A DNA stretch of 64,000 bases from Fistulifera solaris (GCA_030295235.1 AP026176.1:124001-188000); one strand, 5' to 3'; positions 1-12,978 are shown, numbered from the stretch's first letter. The notes: generated by a model not told the origin, from the letters alone. Translations and numbers: made by a program.

Positions 1-2202
1 ACGATGCCTCTTTATAGATAACGTTTTTCTCAAAAATGAAATGGAGGGCTCTTGAAGTACAATGTTAACCCTCGGCGCGACTTGGTGGTAGAACTCGTGG
101 CCCCGCAGATCGCCAATGCATGTAGATAATTTATCATACAGAACGAACTCGAAATAAATTTATACGGTGCTTAGCTTGGGTGCGGATCTCGCAGATGACG
201 TGCCACTTTTTTGTGCTGCTTTGCATTCTTGTCATGGTCTAGGAGGCTCAGGTCGTCGTGTAACACACATTATTTCTTGGATATTTGAAACGATTCTCGT
301 GCTTTCCAGCATTCCGCGGCTACAATACGCTCTCTGCGACCGAAACAGGAAAGCTCGTCCTCAGCAGACAATGATAATTTTTCCCATCAAGGCGAGCAAT
401 AGCGACATTAACTTCCTTAAGCAGCTTTAATGTTCTACTTGGTCACTCCATGCAGTGCCGTTCACCAAATTTTATCATCCCTTGAGCAAGCCAGTTAAAC
501 ACATATTATGTGTTATAATTCTCGTATCTTTGACAGTAGCTAAAAACAAACACGTATATGCCCCCAACGAAAGAGCTGCACATGCAGTGTAGCCGATGCT
601 TGTCACAGCAAAGCGCTTGATTTTTCATCAGGGCAATATTTTAAACCATAGCCTTCACGAAGCTTTGTTCGGCTAACAGGAACCCGCCGAAACTAAATCT
701 GCATCCTGCCTTGTCTTTGGTTCCACCGGCTTCTGGCATCCCGACAAAAAAACTGTTATCTCAATAAATCCAATTTAGAGCTCACGCGGGGCAGTTGTTT
801 GGGCAAGCAGCATATGCCCACCCATCGTTCCGATCACTTAGCCAAAATGCAAAGATTCATCTTCGTCCCTCCTATTTAGCTATGTTTTTCGCCTCAAAAA
901 GATGCTTGACTTTTCGGTCAGGAGCAGCGACAACGTTGAATTCAATTTGATGTTTTAGAATTACTGGTGTCGTCGAGAGTGGTCCCTTTAGCGATAGGTC
1001 GGATCCAACCTCTTCGGAGCATCGCACAGTAATCTTTCCCTTTTGTTTATCGTAGACGACGAGATGATGACTTTGTCTCCTCCTACTCACATTCGAGTTG
1101 GCAAGGATGCGTGTTGAGTCTTTATTGAGTGGTGTGTCGTCTTCTTGCGTCTCCATTTGCAATGCTGACGACAGACGACGCTGACCATTTTTCAGGCAGA
1201 TCACCTCGCCAGACCTTTATGATGCTTTTTATTCTATCACGCCTATGCATGTCGTCTCCCTCTCGTCGTGCTCATGGATTTCGTTGAAATAAAGGCATCA
1301 TTATTTAGAGGTAATGACTAGACTATCTCAATTCTCAATCCCCTTGCTCCTTGCTGTTTGTTTGCCTGTAGCTTGCAGCCTGCCGCATGTCCGCATTCTG
1401 CATGTCCGCATGTCGAATGTTGAATGTTGATTCTTCTAGAGCTCGAACAACAAACAACGAACAAGATGACTTAAATCATAAATACTCCGAGCTCCGAAAC
1501 TCCGAATTCGTAAGCTGTTAGCTGTTCCTATTCACTATTCTACATAGTAAAATGAAGAAGATGCTGAGATGATTGTTCTTTATGGTTTCGTCGGGTAGAA
1601 AGTAGGCCATTACTTTCAGTCACACTTTTAATAGAACCGGAAACGAGCATTCTTTTGCATCTTCTTTCCACCTACTTAATAAACATAGAGTGCCCGATGT
1701 CCTACGCGGCAGCAACATGAAGAAGTAGCGACGGCGAACAATACGAGGATGTAGAATGTAGAATAATGACACATGAGACATGACGTGGGCAATAAAGTGT
1801 ACAGGTTCCACAAAATATAGTAGAGAACATGTAGAATGAATAAAGAACAATACGGAGTAACAATAAATAATAGATACGTAAATTTGGTGACGTCGCTGTA
1901 TAGGCTGCCCATTGAAAGTTGCACATAATTCACAATTATCGCATTCATTATTTTCCGCACGCTCTCTACCACCCACCAGATCGTATGTTGTGGTAGACGA
2001 TTATCGTAAAATGGCCTTGTCCTTGTCGGGACAAAACCTAAAGTGTATAGTAGTATAGAGCGTTCTTATTTGTGCCATTCCTTCTCTTCCCTTCTATATT
2101 CCTCATAGACAAAAAGCTATCATCAATCGTCCGAGTCTCGTTCCAATTCTAATAAGCACCCGCCCCTTCATTATTTTCTCCTCTCTATGCAAACGAACAG
2201 CA

Positions 2203-2523
2203 ATGAGCAAAGATCAGCTAAACATAAAACGTTCCGATCTACCTACTGCAAATAACTTGGTTCTGGAAGGTTGGAGTCGCGACACACGTTCCCTTGCTCG
2301 GGGATACGGTCCCGACAGAGAGCGCCTCCTACAAATCCTCAATGAGGCACTCGCGTTATTGGAACAGTCGGCTGGCTCTTGGGACCATCGACGTGGAAGA
2401 GCTCCTCCTTCGCCAGAAGACTCTTCCTCCGATAAGAGTGGTCAAGAAAAGAGGAGCAACAGAAGTGACACGCTACTCTTTTGTTTCGGAGCCCCTTCTT
2501 GGACAATAATGACTATAGCTTGA
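2203..2523 (+). CDS. Small hypothetical protein
   Basis: 106-aa ATG ORF after a CT-rich leader, with an amphipathic helix 'RERLLQILNEALALLE'. No family recognised. Confidence 0.45.
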   Translation: MSKDQLNIKRSDLPTANNLVLEGWSRDTRSLARGYGPDRERLLQILNEALALLEQSAGSWDHRRGRAPPSPEDSSSDKSGQEKRSNRSDTLLFCFGAPSWTIMTIA

Positions 2524-2577
2524 ACGATGTTCTTTCACCGTTTTTCTTCTCGTCCTCTCTAGGCTTCATCATTACTT

Positions 2578-4100
2578 TTATTCCTCCATATCTCGTTGGC
2601 GACGTAACTCGGTGGACGAAATGTCAACACGAAAGTCGGGCAACAAAGTGAACTTGGCAGCAACGTGCGCAGGTAGTTCGGCTACGGCTTCTACTCCGGT
2701 CACAAATACATCCGGTCGTTTCGGATCAACACGGCCCCCGGCGACAAAGTGACACGGTAATGCCTCCAGTGTCGTCAGCATGCGTTCACGTGAGTTTTCA
2801 TAGTACTTGGGATCGAGTAATCGGACCAATGTATCGGTACCGACGCAAAATGTCAAGGCGTCGTCGTTGTCGTCGTTGCTACTCGTCGGCCGAGGCCGCC
2901 GCTGGCTGTTTCCGGTCATGGGATACAGTAGATCAATTTTCTGCGCAAACAGTGGTGCATTCGTCAATAAAACACCCCACTGATAGTCTTGCAACTCGGG
3001 CAGCAATTTCCAAAACTGCTGGATACGCTCCACGGCCACGGACGGTGCCAACGCCGGCTTATCCGCATTTGTCAGAGACAATTCGAACCAAATCACCGGA
3101 TTGGGTGTTTTTGATAATAAGCGCCTATAAGCTGCCACCGCCAGTTGCACATGCCCCGTATGTGGTGGATTGAAACTTCCCGGTACAATGAGAGAATGTG
3201 GTGGCAAGGTCGCCACGCTGCCTTGAATGACTCGATATTGCTCATGTTGCGGCACCAACAGCACCACCGACTCTTGGCCTGTGACAATCGATTCGGCCGC
3301 CTGAATGACAGGACACTTTGACTGGGTGTGAATTTGCACACGTCCTTCTTCTCCATGTCCCAACGTTTCCGTCCATTCCTTGCCGGAGGATTCCATTTTG
3401 GTAACCATTAAACGCATAGCGAGTCGGTCTTCCCAAATCGTGTTCGAAATAGTGTCTTGATAATCATCTTCCCGTAATTGCATGGCATATTCCAGGCACG
3501 TCAACATGGCATGTGCTACTTGCAAATCTTGGTGACGACGACTCAAATACGTTGGAATTGAAAACGTGATTTGTACGGAGGATCCGTGCGGCAAGTGCGC
3601 CACAATGTTTGCTGTACATTTGCCTTCAGATCGCAACTGAGACGCACACGCCAAACCCACCGTAAAGGGCATTTGTGACAACGCACGGTACGTGGGTCGT
3701 TGACTGGTGGTCGATCCTACCGTGAATTGCAGTGCGCGTTGCACCGCCGCCGTCGCGGCACGTTGGGCGGCGTGCATGGATGCATATTGTAGTTTGGGTT
3801 CTTGTTGTTGTGATGTTTGGGCCGTAAATGTTCGAAAACTTTCTCGATCGTACAATGTCACGGCTTCCATCAATATCGAAGACGCTCCTGGGGTGGCCGC
3901 CAACGTCGATGCAAAAAGGTTCCTCCACCCGCCACGGCAACGACCAGTCGACAGTTCGCACTTTCTCTCAAATGCCGTTCCATGCGATCAAACAAATGCT
4001 CGTGGTCCGAATCGAAGGATATCGACGAAGAGAGTGCCGTCGTCATTCTTGGCCGTTGCGGTAATCTGCGAAAGGAACGCCAAAGAATGGAAGTCTTCAT
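2578..4100 (-). CDS. Nucleotidylyltransferase (cytidylyltransferase/NMNAT-like C-terminal domain with CinA-like N-terminal region); one frameshift at ~3912-3917
   Basis: HxGH motif 'PGSFNPPHTGH', 'VGTDT' and C-terminal 'DISSTELR'. The N-terminal 'VAVAGGGT(F)..LAATPGASSILMEAV' is split across ORFs 3870..4262 and 2578..3903 at an A/T homopolymer. Start codon uncertain. Confidence 0.8.
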
Positions 4101-4822
4101 CCAGCCGTGCGCAGGAAGGATGCAGAAAAAATGCAAGATGGAAACGACGCAAAGAAGGGAACCGTTGAAAGGCTTTTGCCGAACAGGCATGATAAACGTA
4201 GACGATGATATTGTTGTGATCTTTGCGGTGCAATAAAACATCTCGCAGTGCGAGAAAATCACGTGCGGCGCGGTCGATAATCAACTGCGGGACTGCTATG
4301 GAAATGGAGTCACGAGCCAAACGACACTACATTGGACGCTACCAGGTACACTAAATAAAAAATAAAAATTGAGAGTTTAGACTTAATTATAATGCAAGGA
4401 ATGCTTCTTATTGCTGCAACCGCATCAACAAAAAAGTCTTCAAAACTGAATTGCGTCTAATATATGGTCTTTAAAGGCTTGTCTAGCTAGTTTTTGTGTC
4501 AAAGTAATTTTGTACTAAGACTGGAAAACGATGTGATGCGTGATCCATCCTATCGGAGTACCGCAAGCGACACGGTACGACATTCTAATCCCATCCGTCG
4601 GACCACGTCATTCATGACGTCTTTCTTCAAACCGTCTGTCATTCGCCCCGTCTTCACTACATATCGTTCTCGCATCCTTTTTGTTTTTTTATCGCATCCC
4701 ATTGTCTCACACTTTACCGTTATTGCCCTTTCCATCAATCGTATACGTTGCCTACAAACAAGTTGACGCGTTGATATTCTTATTTTTTTGTATTCACTAA
4801 ACAAAGCCCGGTTTACTATACA

Positions 4823-6235
4823 ATGATGCGAAGAGCACTTTTCACCGCTTCACGCCGTTGTCTTCCTACGACTAGATCCGCTCGCCTCCAGAATACGATT
4901 CGTACGATGAGCGTCGAAGTCGCGGCGCTTTCGAATACGGAACCACTCAATATTAACAATGATGTTTCCAAATTCAATTTACGCGGTCAATTTCGATCGG
5001 GCAAAGCCGCCTATTTGGATACCAGCAGTACAACGCCCCTCGATCCGCGCGTCCTCGATGCCATGTTACCGTACATGATTGGAAGTTACGGCAATCCGCA
5101 CAGTCGCACGCACGTCTACGGCTGGGAAGCCGAACATGTCGTAGAACAGGCGCGACAATCGATTGCCTCTTTGATCCATGCCGATGACGCGAAAGAAATT
5201 ATCTTCACGAGTGGAGCGACCGAATCGAACAATTTGGCCATTAAGGGCGCCGCGCACTTTTATCAAAAACGCGGCAAACATCTCATTACGACACAGACCG
5301 AACACAAGTGTGTCTTGGATTCCTTTCGAAATTTGGAACAAAAAGAAGGATACGAAGTGACGTATTTGCCCGTCCAAGCTTCGACGGGGCGGATTGATAT
5401 GAATCAATTGCAAGACGCCATTCGACCGGATACCATTCTGTGCAGTGTCATGGCCGTCAACAATGAAATTGGAACCTTACAGCCACTCCAAGAAATTGGT
5501 GCATTGTGTCGACAAAACAAAATTGTCTTTCATTGCGATGCGGCACAAATGTTGGGAAAATTGCCCATTCATGTCAATGATTTACAGATTGATTTGATGA
5601 GTATGAGTTCGCACAAAGTGTACGGTCCGAAAGGGATTGGAGCCCTCTATGTGCGTCGGCGTCCCCGCGTGCGGTTGGAGCCGTTGTTGAGTGGAGGAGG
5701 ACAAGAACGAGGATTGCGCAGTGGAACCTTGCCGCACTTTTTGTGTGCCGGATTTGGACACGCGTGTGCATTGGCGCAACAAGAAATGGAGTACGACACA
5801 CAGTGGATCACGTACTTGAGTAACAAGTTGCAAAAAGGGATTGAAAGCACCATTCCGGCCGTCGTCCGCAATGGCGATCCGGAACACAATTACAACGGGT
5901 GTCTCAATTACTCCTTTGCGTATGTGGAGGGAGAAAGTTTGCTCATGGCGCTCAAAAATATTGCCGTCAGTTCGGGATCGGCGTGTACGTCCGCGTCACT
6001 GGAACCCAGTTACGTGTTGCGGGCCCTCGGGGTCGATGACGAATTGGCGCACAGCAGTTTGCGATTCGGCATTGGACGTTTCACGACGGAAGAAGAGATT
6101 GATTTTTGTTTGGAATTGTTGCAGAGACACGTCGAACGATTGCGGGAAATGTCGCCCCTGTGGGAAATGGTACAAGAAGGAATCGATTTGAAAACGATTC
6201 AGTGGACGCAGGACGCGACAGATGGACATCACTAA
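4823..6235 (+). CDS. NFS1: Mitochondrial cysteine desulfurase (IscS/Nfs1)
   Basis: Motifs '[14 protein letters not shown]', 'GNPHSRTH', '[10 protein letters not shown]', PLP Lys '[10 protein letters not shown]' and catalytic 'SSGSACTS'. Arg-rich mitochondrial presequence. Confidence 0.97.
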   Translation: MMRRALFTASRRCLPTTRSARLQNTIRTMSVEVAALSNTEPLNINNDVSKFNLRGQFRSGKAAYLDTSSTTPLDPRVLDAMLPYMIGSYGNPHSRTHVYGWEAEHVVEQARQSIASLIHADDAKEIIFTSGATESNNLAIKGAAHFYQKRGKHLITTQTEHKCVLDSFRNLEQKEGYEVTYLPVQASTGRIDMNQLQDAIRPDTILCSVMAVNNEIGTLQPLQEIGALCRQNKIVFHCDAAQMLGKLPIHVNDLQIDLMSMSSHKVYGPKGIGALYVRRRPRVRLEPLLSGGGQERGLRSGTLPHFLCAGFGHACALAQQEMEYDTQWITYLSNKLQKGIESTIPAVVRNGDPEHNYNGCLNYSFAYVEGESLLMALKNIAVSSGSACTSASLEPSYVLRALGVDDELAHSSLRFGIGRFTTEEEIDFCLELLQRHVERLREMSPLWEMVQEGIDLKTIQWTQDATDGHH

Positions 6236-6634
6236 GTTTATTTGAATCTATGCAATGCATGAATGCATTATGAATTTGTAGTACCAGGTATGTGGCGGTA
6301 CGAGTCGATGGGTCAACGACTAAAAGTAAGAAAAGTGAACATTATTTAATTGCAAATTCGTAGATGGTACTTTTGAATCGTTAGGATGTGTGGGTAAAGC
6401 GATCGCATCGCGCAGATTGCATGTAATTGCGCTTTAGTGACGAGAAGACGACTTCTTGTAGCAGCACCTAAAAAGAGAATTCCTTCAAGAATAAGAATAA
6501 CTTAACTGTTAAACGCAGCAAGGCAACATCCTCATACGGTGGGAAAAGTTGATTATAGGCAATGGTTTTTACTTCTATGATATAGTGATTGTGCGGTACA
6601 ATGTGTGCAAGAACAGTGTGCGGAGAACTATCGA

Positions 6635-7036
6635 TCAATGCCCCAGTAGCGCGAACGATTGTCCTGTCATGATTTCGGTAACCAGTAATAAGACAGCCAC
6701 GACCATGGCAGCTCGACCGAATTGCAATTCGAGATCGAAGGCGAGGGATTTGGTGCCATCACTGTGACGAGGCAGATCCATCCACGTTACCTGTTGTGGC
6801 GATAACGACTGTCGTTGTGCTAGCGAGAGTTTCTTGGCGTGCTGCTGCTCCGCGGGGACGCAGTATTCGGCTTCTAGCAAACATTCGGGATGATCCAAGA
6901 GGAAATGCGTCGTCGTCGATACCGACAGAAGCGTTTTCGGTGTCTTCGAGCGAACGTCGACAAAGGAGGAAAAGGCGCACACAAATGTCGCTGTCGAAAG
7001 GAAAAGCGACAAGCAAAGAAGTAGGTTGCGATGCAT
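6635..7036 (-). CDS. Plastid-targeted one-helix LHC-like (HLIP/OHP/SEP-type) protein
   Basis: Signal peptide ending 'VCA|F' followed by a transit peptide. The C-terminal helix 'ELQFGRAAMVVAVLLLVTEIMTGQS' matches the ExxNGRxAM LHC motif. Confidence 0.7.
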   Translation of the reverse strand: MHRNLLLCLSLFLSTATFVCAFSSFVDVRSKTPKTLLSVSTTTHFLLDHPECLLEAEYCVPAEQQHAKKLSLAQRQSLSPQQVTWMDLPRHSDGTKSLAFDLELQFGRAAMVVAVLLLVTEIMTGQSFALLGH

Positions 7037-7548
7037 TTTGTATAGTTCGTATCACAAAAGATTATGCGAAGAAAGAAGAAGAATAGAAATGCCAATGATG
7101 TGCGTTGTGAGAAAAAAGATTTTGCGTGGCTTCTGTTTTTATTGACACCTGGGGGCATTTTCCGGATGGGGTTAATCGCGGTTTCTGGTTTCTGTTCGCT
7201 CGTCGCGCCCAAAATGACCGCGGAACGCGAAACGTCTGCTTCTACAGAACAGGCTATGCGGAAGTTATTGAACTTCAAGTCGTAGTGGTGCACGAATTCA
7301 ACTGTTATTGTACTTATTAAGCGACATTCTTCGAGACTAAATTTAAGTCCCGTCACTGGATTTGACGGCGCCGTCATTTTGCGATGTGCGTGCGTGCGTG
7401 CGGTTTTGTTGCACTTCTTTTTGTTCCTTCGTTTCATGAAAATCAGAGCCAAAGAAACGTACTGTTGATGCATTTACCTTATAACATTATCCAAAACCAT
7501 CGATTACACGCGCCGTTTTGAAGTTTTCATTCAACGGTCGCAGTAAAA

Positions 7549-9001
7549 ATGGCAACTAGTGACAAAAATGGGCCCTTACTGGAACTCATTCCAGAAGCTC
7601 AGCTGAAACCACCAGTGCCGAAAGTTTATGGAAGTGAACCTATATCCACGTACAAATTTCGAAGTGCTCCTACGCTGAATGATCTTCATCAAATGACAGA
7701 AGAGACACGGACTTGGTCGATCTGGCAAGAAAACGATACATTAATAGTGACGGACGGGGTCGTCGAGGAACTTCACGGTCATCTGCGCTGTAGCGATCAT
7801 CATTTGATTCGCCTGACGGACGGTGACAAATGCCTTTCCTTCTTTCCGGCTCGCTGTTTTGTTCGGTCGTTGGGAAATCTGACGAAGCGATTGCGGAAAC
7901 AGCGGCCTTTCTGTGGAGTTTAGATGTCGAGAATGAATTCGCCTGTATCCGTACCTTTGGTGAGACGTTCGACTTTAGCGTGGTTTCGCTGGATCAGCTG
8001 CGTCTTCTGTTTCAGCCGCCCCCGAGAACGCGACCACTCATTATGACACTTTCGAACATAAGTCCGGCACAGTCGGTGTTTTTGGCTCGATATGAGTGTC
8101 CGATGTATCTCGAGTTCATGCACAATTCCTTTCCAGCAACTTCTCGGATGGCGGTGAAGCCTTTGTTGAATCGCTTCTGGAAAGACGCTCATGGTTTGGT
8201 AATCTATTCTTGGAAGGTGAGGAGTCCGATGTGTTTTATCGTCTTTTACAGGTCAAAGCCATCAACACGATGGAAGTCAAATTCTCACAGGAAACATCGC
8301 AAGATGTACCTCTGATTTTGTCAGCATCCGCCAAGCGTTTGAAGTTCCGGTTTCATGCAATACCGGTGCTGGACGTGGACTGGTCGACTGTCGATATTGT
8401 TCCGAAAGATCTAGCAATATGGTTGCCGTGTTCCAAGCCGGTACAATGTGATTTTACTGTTTCGTTGTTGCGCCGCATTGCCGAAGTGGGGAGTCTTGTG
8501 AAGCTGGACTTCGAACTTTATTATTCCAATTGTGTGCCGGCAATTATTACAGAGGCTTTGAAACAAGCCGTGGATGGAAACCAAAGCTTGATGGAATTGC
8601 AAGTGCGTCAAAACGTGTTCGAATGTACCGAAGAATGGGAGGCACTGTTGAAGACTATGGAGCATCACGAGAGTTTACGCCGATTTGTGGTGAACACGTA
8701 CCCAAAAGATATAGATCCGGACTACTCGATGTTGAAACAGTTGCTAAAGCGGAATCAATACATCGAAGTGATTGCTTGTATCGGAGGCAGACCTACCGAT
8801 GGTGGTGAGGTTGATCGGCTTTATGCTTTCAACCACTTCTTTCGAAATCTTCGGCATCTCAAGCGCCTGCCACTGTCTTTCTTGTCGACACTTGTAGGGA
8901 CGATCTTGATCAACAGTGCCGGCAATGATTTTCCACGGTCTGCGCTAGTGATTGGGAATCATACAGACGCGCTGTGCGAGCTAATTCAATATGCGTCGTA
9001 G
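7549..9001 (+). CDS. Uncharacterised lineage-expanded protein (LRR/RNI-like C-terminal half), tandem paralog 1; frameshifts at ~7845 and ~8130
   Basis: Three consecutive ORFs (7549, 7830, 8096) align colinearly with the intact paralog at 9507..10985, e.g. 'LLELIPEAQLKP', 'AIAETAAFLW', 'FSDGG', 'RLYAFN'. Confidence 0.75.
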
Positions 9002-9506
9002 TTTCCTCCGCATAACAAATCTAACATGTAAAAAGGCTCGCCAATGGACCTTAATGTTTCTACAAGTATCTACCCGTGAGCTTATTTTCCACGCCGTGAT
9101 AGTTTTATCATAAAAGTGATAGCTACATAACCTAACCTGCTCTAGGTATCCCGTTGTAGGTTTTGATGAAAGTGTTGGACGCTCAATTTTGAAAGTGAGG
9201 AGTCAAGTCCGTTATATTCTTTTTATACGGTTTGATGTAGACAACCACGACTTCTCTATTGCTTCCAGTCACGGGACGTTATGGGTCGCGGTGCGTCTTT
9301 TTTGTATTGTGCGTTATGCTGCGAGAAAAGACGCGGCGAGACTATGCGAGGATTGCGACTTGCGACACGCGAGGAGATGTTATTGTGCAAGATGATGAGG
9401 CTGTTATTGTCATTAACGAAGCGTTATCAATCTTTACATCTAATAACAATACTTTTTCGAAGACAGAACCGCTCACTCTAGCCCCATCGAAAGACGGAAA
9501 GCAATC

Positions 9507-10985
9507 ATGTCAGCGAATAATGAGTCATTACTCGAATTGATTCCAGAAGAGCAGCTGAAGCCGCAAGTGCCGAACGTTATGTACGAAGGGAAAGACAAGT
9601 TACCCACGTACAAATTTCGAAGACCTCCCAGGCTACACAATCTACATCAATTAACGAACGTGTTTCCGCTGTGGTCGATTTGGGAAGAACGTAATGAGAC
9701 GTTAATTTTGACAGTGCCGGCAATCGGTCTTATGCATCAGCATCTGTGTTGTTTTGGGGGTACCCACATGATTCGCGTGGCTGAAGATGACAAATGCCTT
9801 TCTTTCGGCTCTGGTTCTCTGGATTATACAGTCATTGGGAAATCGGAGCATGCGATAGCCGAAACAGCGGCTGCACTTTGGCGTTTGGATACCCACGAAG
9901 AGTTCAGGTCCCTGCGGTCTCTGGGCAAGAATTTCGATTTCGGTGTTGTTTCTCTAGAGCAACTACGTATCCTCTTTCGACCACCTCCCACCACGTCTTT
10001 CCTTTTCACTGTTTCGAATATCAGCCCTGTGCAATCAAAGTTCTTGGCCGGGTTGCCGTATCCTATTTCCATCTATTTGACGGAGGATCCCCTCGGCTCA
10101 TTTTCCGATGGCGGTCATACGTTCGTAGAAACACTTCTTCAACGAAAGGCTCCATTTGGTGAACTGCGACTAGGTGAGGTTCAAGATATACAGGGGGACG
10201 TATTTCAGCGTCTTTTACGGGCCAAAGCCATCGATACGCTGGAGCTAACACGCACATGGGCGACCGTGCGAGAAATACCGCAACTGCTGTCGGCGTCTGT
10301 CAAAGGCGTCAAGTTCTATGTTAGCGTCATGGACTCGTTAGAGCTGGACTGGTCGACGATTGAAATTACTCCGAGAGAGCTTGCACTGCAGTTTTCTTGT
10401 TACGAGCCGACACACTTTGACTTTGTTATTTCCTATTTGCGTCGCATCGCCCACATGGCGGACATTGTGAAGCTAGGATTCGGTGTGAATCACGTCGGGC
10501 AGGTGCCTGACAGTCTTACATGGGAGCTCATTCGAGCTGTAGGTGCAAATCAAAGCTTGGTAGGCTTGCATGTACATCAAGGTATACTATATTCGGCAGG
10601 ATTAATGGAAGAGATGCTGCAAACATTGAAGCATCTCAAAGGATTGCGCCTTCTGACATTGGATGATTACTCAGAGAAAATGGATCCCACCCATTTGTTG
10701 TTGAAAGAACTTCTTAAGCAGAACCGCTACATTGACGTGGTTAAATGGAATGGAGACCGCGTCACTGACGATGACGAAATCGCCCGGCTCTACGCATTCA
10801 ACTATTTTTTTCGGGACTGCCAAACTTTGGCACAGGAGCCACTTTCGCGGCTACCGTCACTTGTATATGAGATCCTATTGCACAGCGCCAGCATGGATTA
10901 TCGACGTTCTGCGCTAGTGATGGCGAACCATGTGGACGCTGTCTGTGCGCTGGTGCAAGATTCTTTCGACCTTTCTGAGCCCTAG
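9507..10985 (+). CDS. Uncharacterised lineage-expanded protein, tandem paralog 2
   Basis: Intact 492-aa ORF with end-to-end similarity to 7549..9001. Confidence 0.85.
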   Translation: MSANNESLLELIPEEQLKPQVPNVMYEGKDKLPTYKFRRPPRLHNLHQLTNVFPLWSIWEERNETLILTVPAIGLMHQHLCCFGGTHMIRVAEDDKCLSFGSGSLDYTVIGKSEHAIAETAAALWRLDTHEEFRSLRSLGKNFDFGVVSLEQLRILFRPPPTTSFLFTVSNISPVQSKFLAGLPYPISIYLTEDPLGSFSDGGHTFVETLLQRKAPFGELRLGEVQDIQGDVFQRLLRAKAIDTLELTRTWATVREIPQLLSASVKGVKFYVSVMDSLELDWSTIEITPRELALQFSCYEPTHFDFVISYLRRIAHMADIVKLGFGVNHVGQVPDSLTWELIRAVGANQSLVGLHVHQGILYSAGLMEEMLQTLKHLKGLRLLTLDDYSEKMDPTHLLLKELLKQNRYIDVVKWNGDRVTDDDEIARLYAFNYFFRDCQTLAQEPLSRLPSLVYEILLHSASMDYRRSALVMANHVDAVCALVQDSFDLSEP

Positions 10986-11215
10986 CAAGGTCCCCGCGAT
11001 ATCGCTTGTAAAGAGAGTGTCTGTCTCTGTCATTTGTGAACTCCTATCATCATTGAAATACTTACTTATTGCTTAATGCGGAAAATCTTTCTATATCGTC
11101 TAACAATTACAGCCTCTGTCTATCCTTAACGCCCCCATCCAAGACTAGCGCAAATGACCAGAGCATCACAAAACAGACTCCAATTGCTCTACGGTCGTCA
11201 TCCTCCCGGTCACTT

Positions 11216-12211
11216 TTACTTTGTATCGCCTTTCCGAACCAGGTAAACCGGATGCGATAACCGCGGGTTGGTGGTCCGGTCCGTTGCGGTTTGAGCAATC
11301 ACCACCAACGAATGCTCGACACGAAGTATAGTTCCCGAAGGATACGATTCACAAGTATTATTATCGTCGGGAATGGTCAAAAGCACTTTCGTAGGAGGAG
11401 CCATGACCGCACCGGGATTCTCGGACAACCATTCTCGTCGTCCATTGACTTCCAAAGTGGCATCCGCAACTGTCCGTTCCGTTTTGTGTTCAATTTTGTC
11501 GCTTCTCGCCGACTTCCAAACCAGAGTTTCCATCAAACGCACCACAAAATCTTTCAAATCGACTTGGCTGCGATTCTCGCCTTCAATGGTAATCTCAATG
11601 GTCGATTCGGTCGTTACAACATCCGAAGGCGTACTCCAGCCCCAATGGAGGATACCGCGGGGGAACACGACATTGGTAAGAATGTTAACTTTCTGGGGTG
11701 TCAAGGCAATGCTCTGCCCGGGTGGAATGCAAGGGGCGGCTTGTAGATGGACCGGAACCGTATCGTGAAACAGCACTTGGCCTCGTGGGGAGATAGCACG
11801 GGCCATGATTTGATAAGCAATTTCGAAGGTTTGATGTGTCGTGGTAAAATGAAAGCTACTGGGTAGACAAGACGGCAATTCCCAGGCAAAGGGATATTCG
11901 TACGACGACTCCTCACTCTCTGGATCCTTTTCTTCGCTGGGTTGTAAGCTCGAATTGTTAGTAAAAGAATGAAGCGTGTAGGGAAACTTGACCAGAATCT
12001 CTTTTTCGATACGTTGCCGCGTTATGGGATGCAAATTGCCTTCCGTAACGGTTTCTGTCTCATTCGACGTAACTTGTTCATATCCTAACAATTCGAGTTC
12101 GAGACGACTTGGGCGTTCGGACCCTTTCTCTGGCGTCCAACTCACACATCCTTGAATCAATTGACCTGCCGTGCAGTAAGGAGTGTCGACTTGTAAATGC
12201 ATCGATGACAT
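11216..12211 (-). CDS. Arrestin-domain (alpha-arrestin-like) protein
   Basis: 'AGQLIQGCV', 'LELELLGYE' and 'YEYPFAWELPSCLPSSF' form the arrestin-N signature, followed by a second beta-sandwich region. Confidence 0.75.
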   Translation of the reverse strand: MSSMHLQVDTPYCTAGQLIQGCVSWTPEKGSERPSRLELELLGYEQVTSNETETVTEGNLHPITRQRIEKEILVKFPYTLHSFTNNSSLQPSEEKDPESEESSYEYPFAWELPSCLPSSFHFTTTHQTFEIAYQIMARAISPRGQVLFHDTVPVHLQAAPCIPPGQSIALTPQKVNILTNVVFPRGILHWGWSTPSDVVTTESTIEITIEGENRSQVDLKDFVVRLMETLVWKSARSDKIEHKTERTVADATLEVNGRREWLSENPGAVMAPPTKVLLTIPDDNNTCESYPSGTILRVEHSLVVIAQTATDRTTNPRLSHPVYLVRKGDTK

Positions 12212-12978
12212 TTCTACGTGTGGGCTAAAAATGAATAGCTTTTAGTTACGCATGAATGAGAAAAGCAAGGTGCGTTGCGCATTACTTGTTTTATTGCACG
12301 AATACGATAGAATGCGCTTTGCATGCGCAAAATTGCTACGTGAAACAGATTTTCATGTAAAGTTAAACCAGAGAGACGAGATCACGGATCCAGTATCAGT
12401 TGTACAGTTGGTTTAGAGTCATCGAGTGACGGAAGGATGCGAATGTCAATCGTGACTGGAAACGAATTTTTGTGTATTTTGTCTTTTTCCTCGTAACTTG
12501 TAACAAGTTGGTTAGAAATGACTGATTACAGCCAATTATTACTTTCCAAATGTCCAGTCTTTGGATAAAGTAGCTTTTTTCCGTCACGTTTTCGTATTTA
12601 TCAAAGGAAACGATGATTCGATTGACGGCAATAACGGCCGTGTCACGCTACATAGATTTGTTCCCCATTCCCCAAGTATTCCCCTTCCAATCACGCGACA
12701 AAGAAATAATAACACAAGATCTAGGTAGAATTGAAGTATAACTTACAACCGTGGCACGAAGGATCTCCTATGTCGCAACATTATGAGGCGGATTTCGGGA
12801 CTTACCAGTAGGTCTAGGAATTACTATGTAGGTAATACATCAATTACTGCACGCAAAAGTTGAAAATTAATACCCACGTGATCAAGCCAAGAGCTTACGA
12901 CATTTGTTTCTTCTTGCTTCGCTTCGCACAGTGCACACAATTTTCTCGCACATCGTTTTGCTTTGCGCTTACTCGAAG

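Noticed and set aside
1..1250. Possible decayed gene or transposon on the minus strand (includes ORF 872..1204)
   Set aside because: Only coding-like fragments interrupted by stops. No recognisable domain, TIR or LTR, so it cannot be supported.
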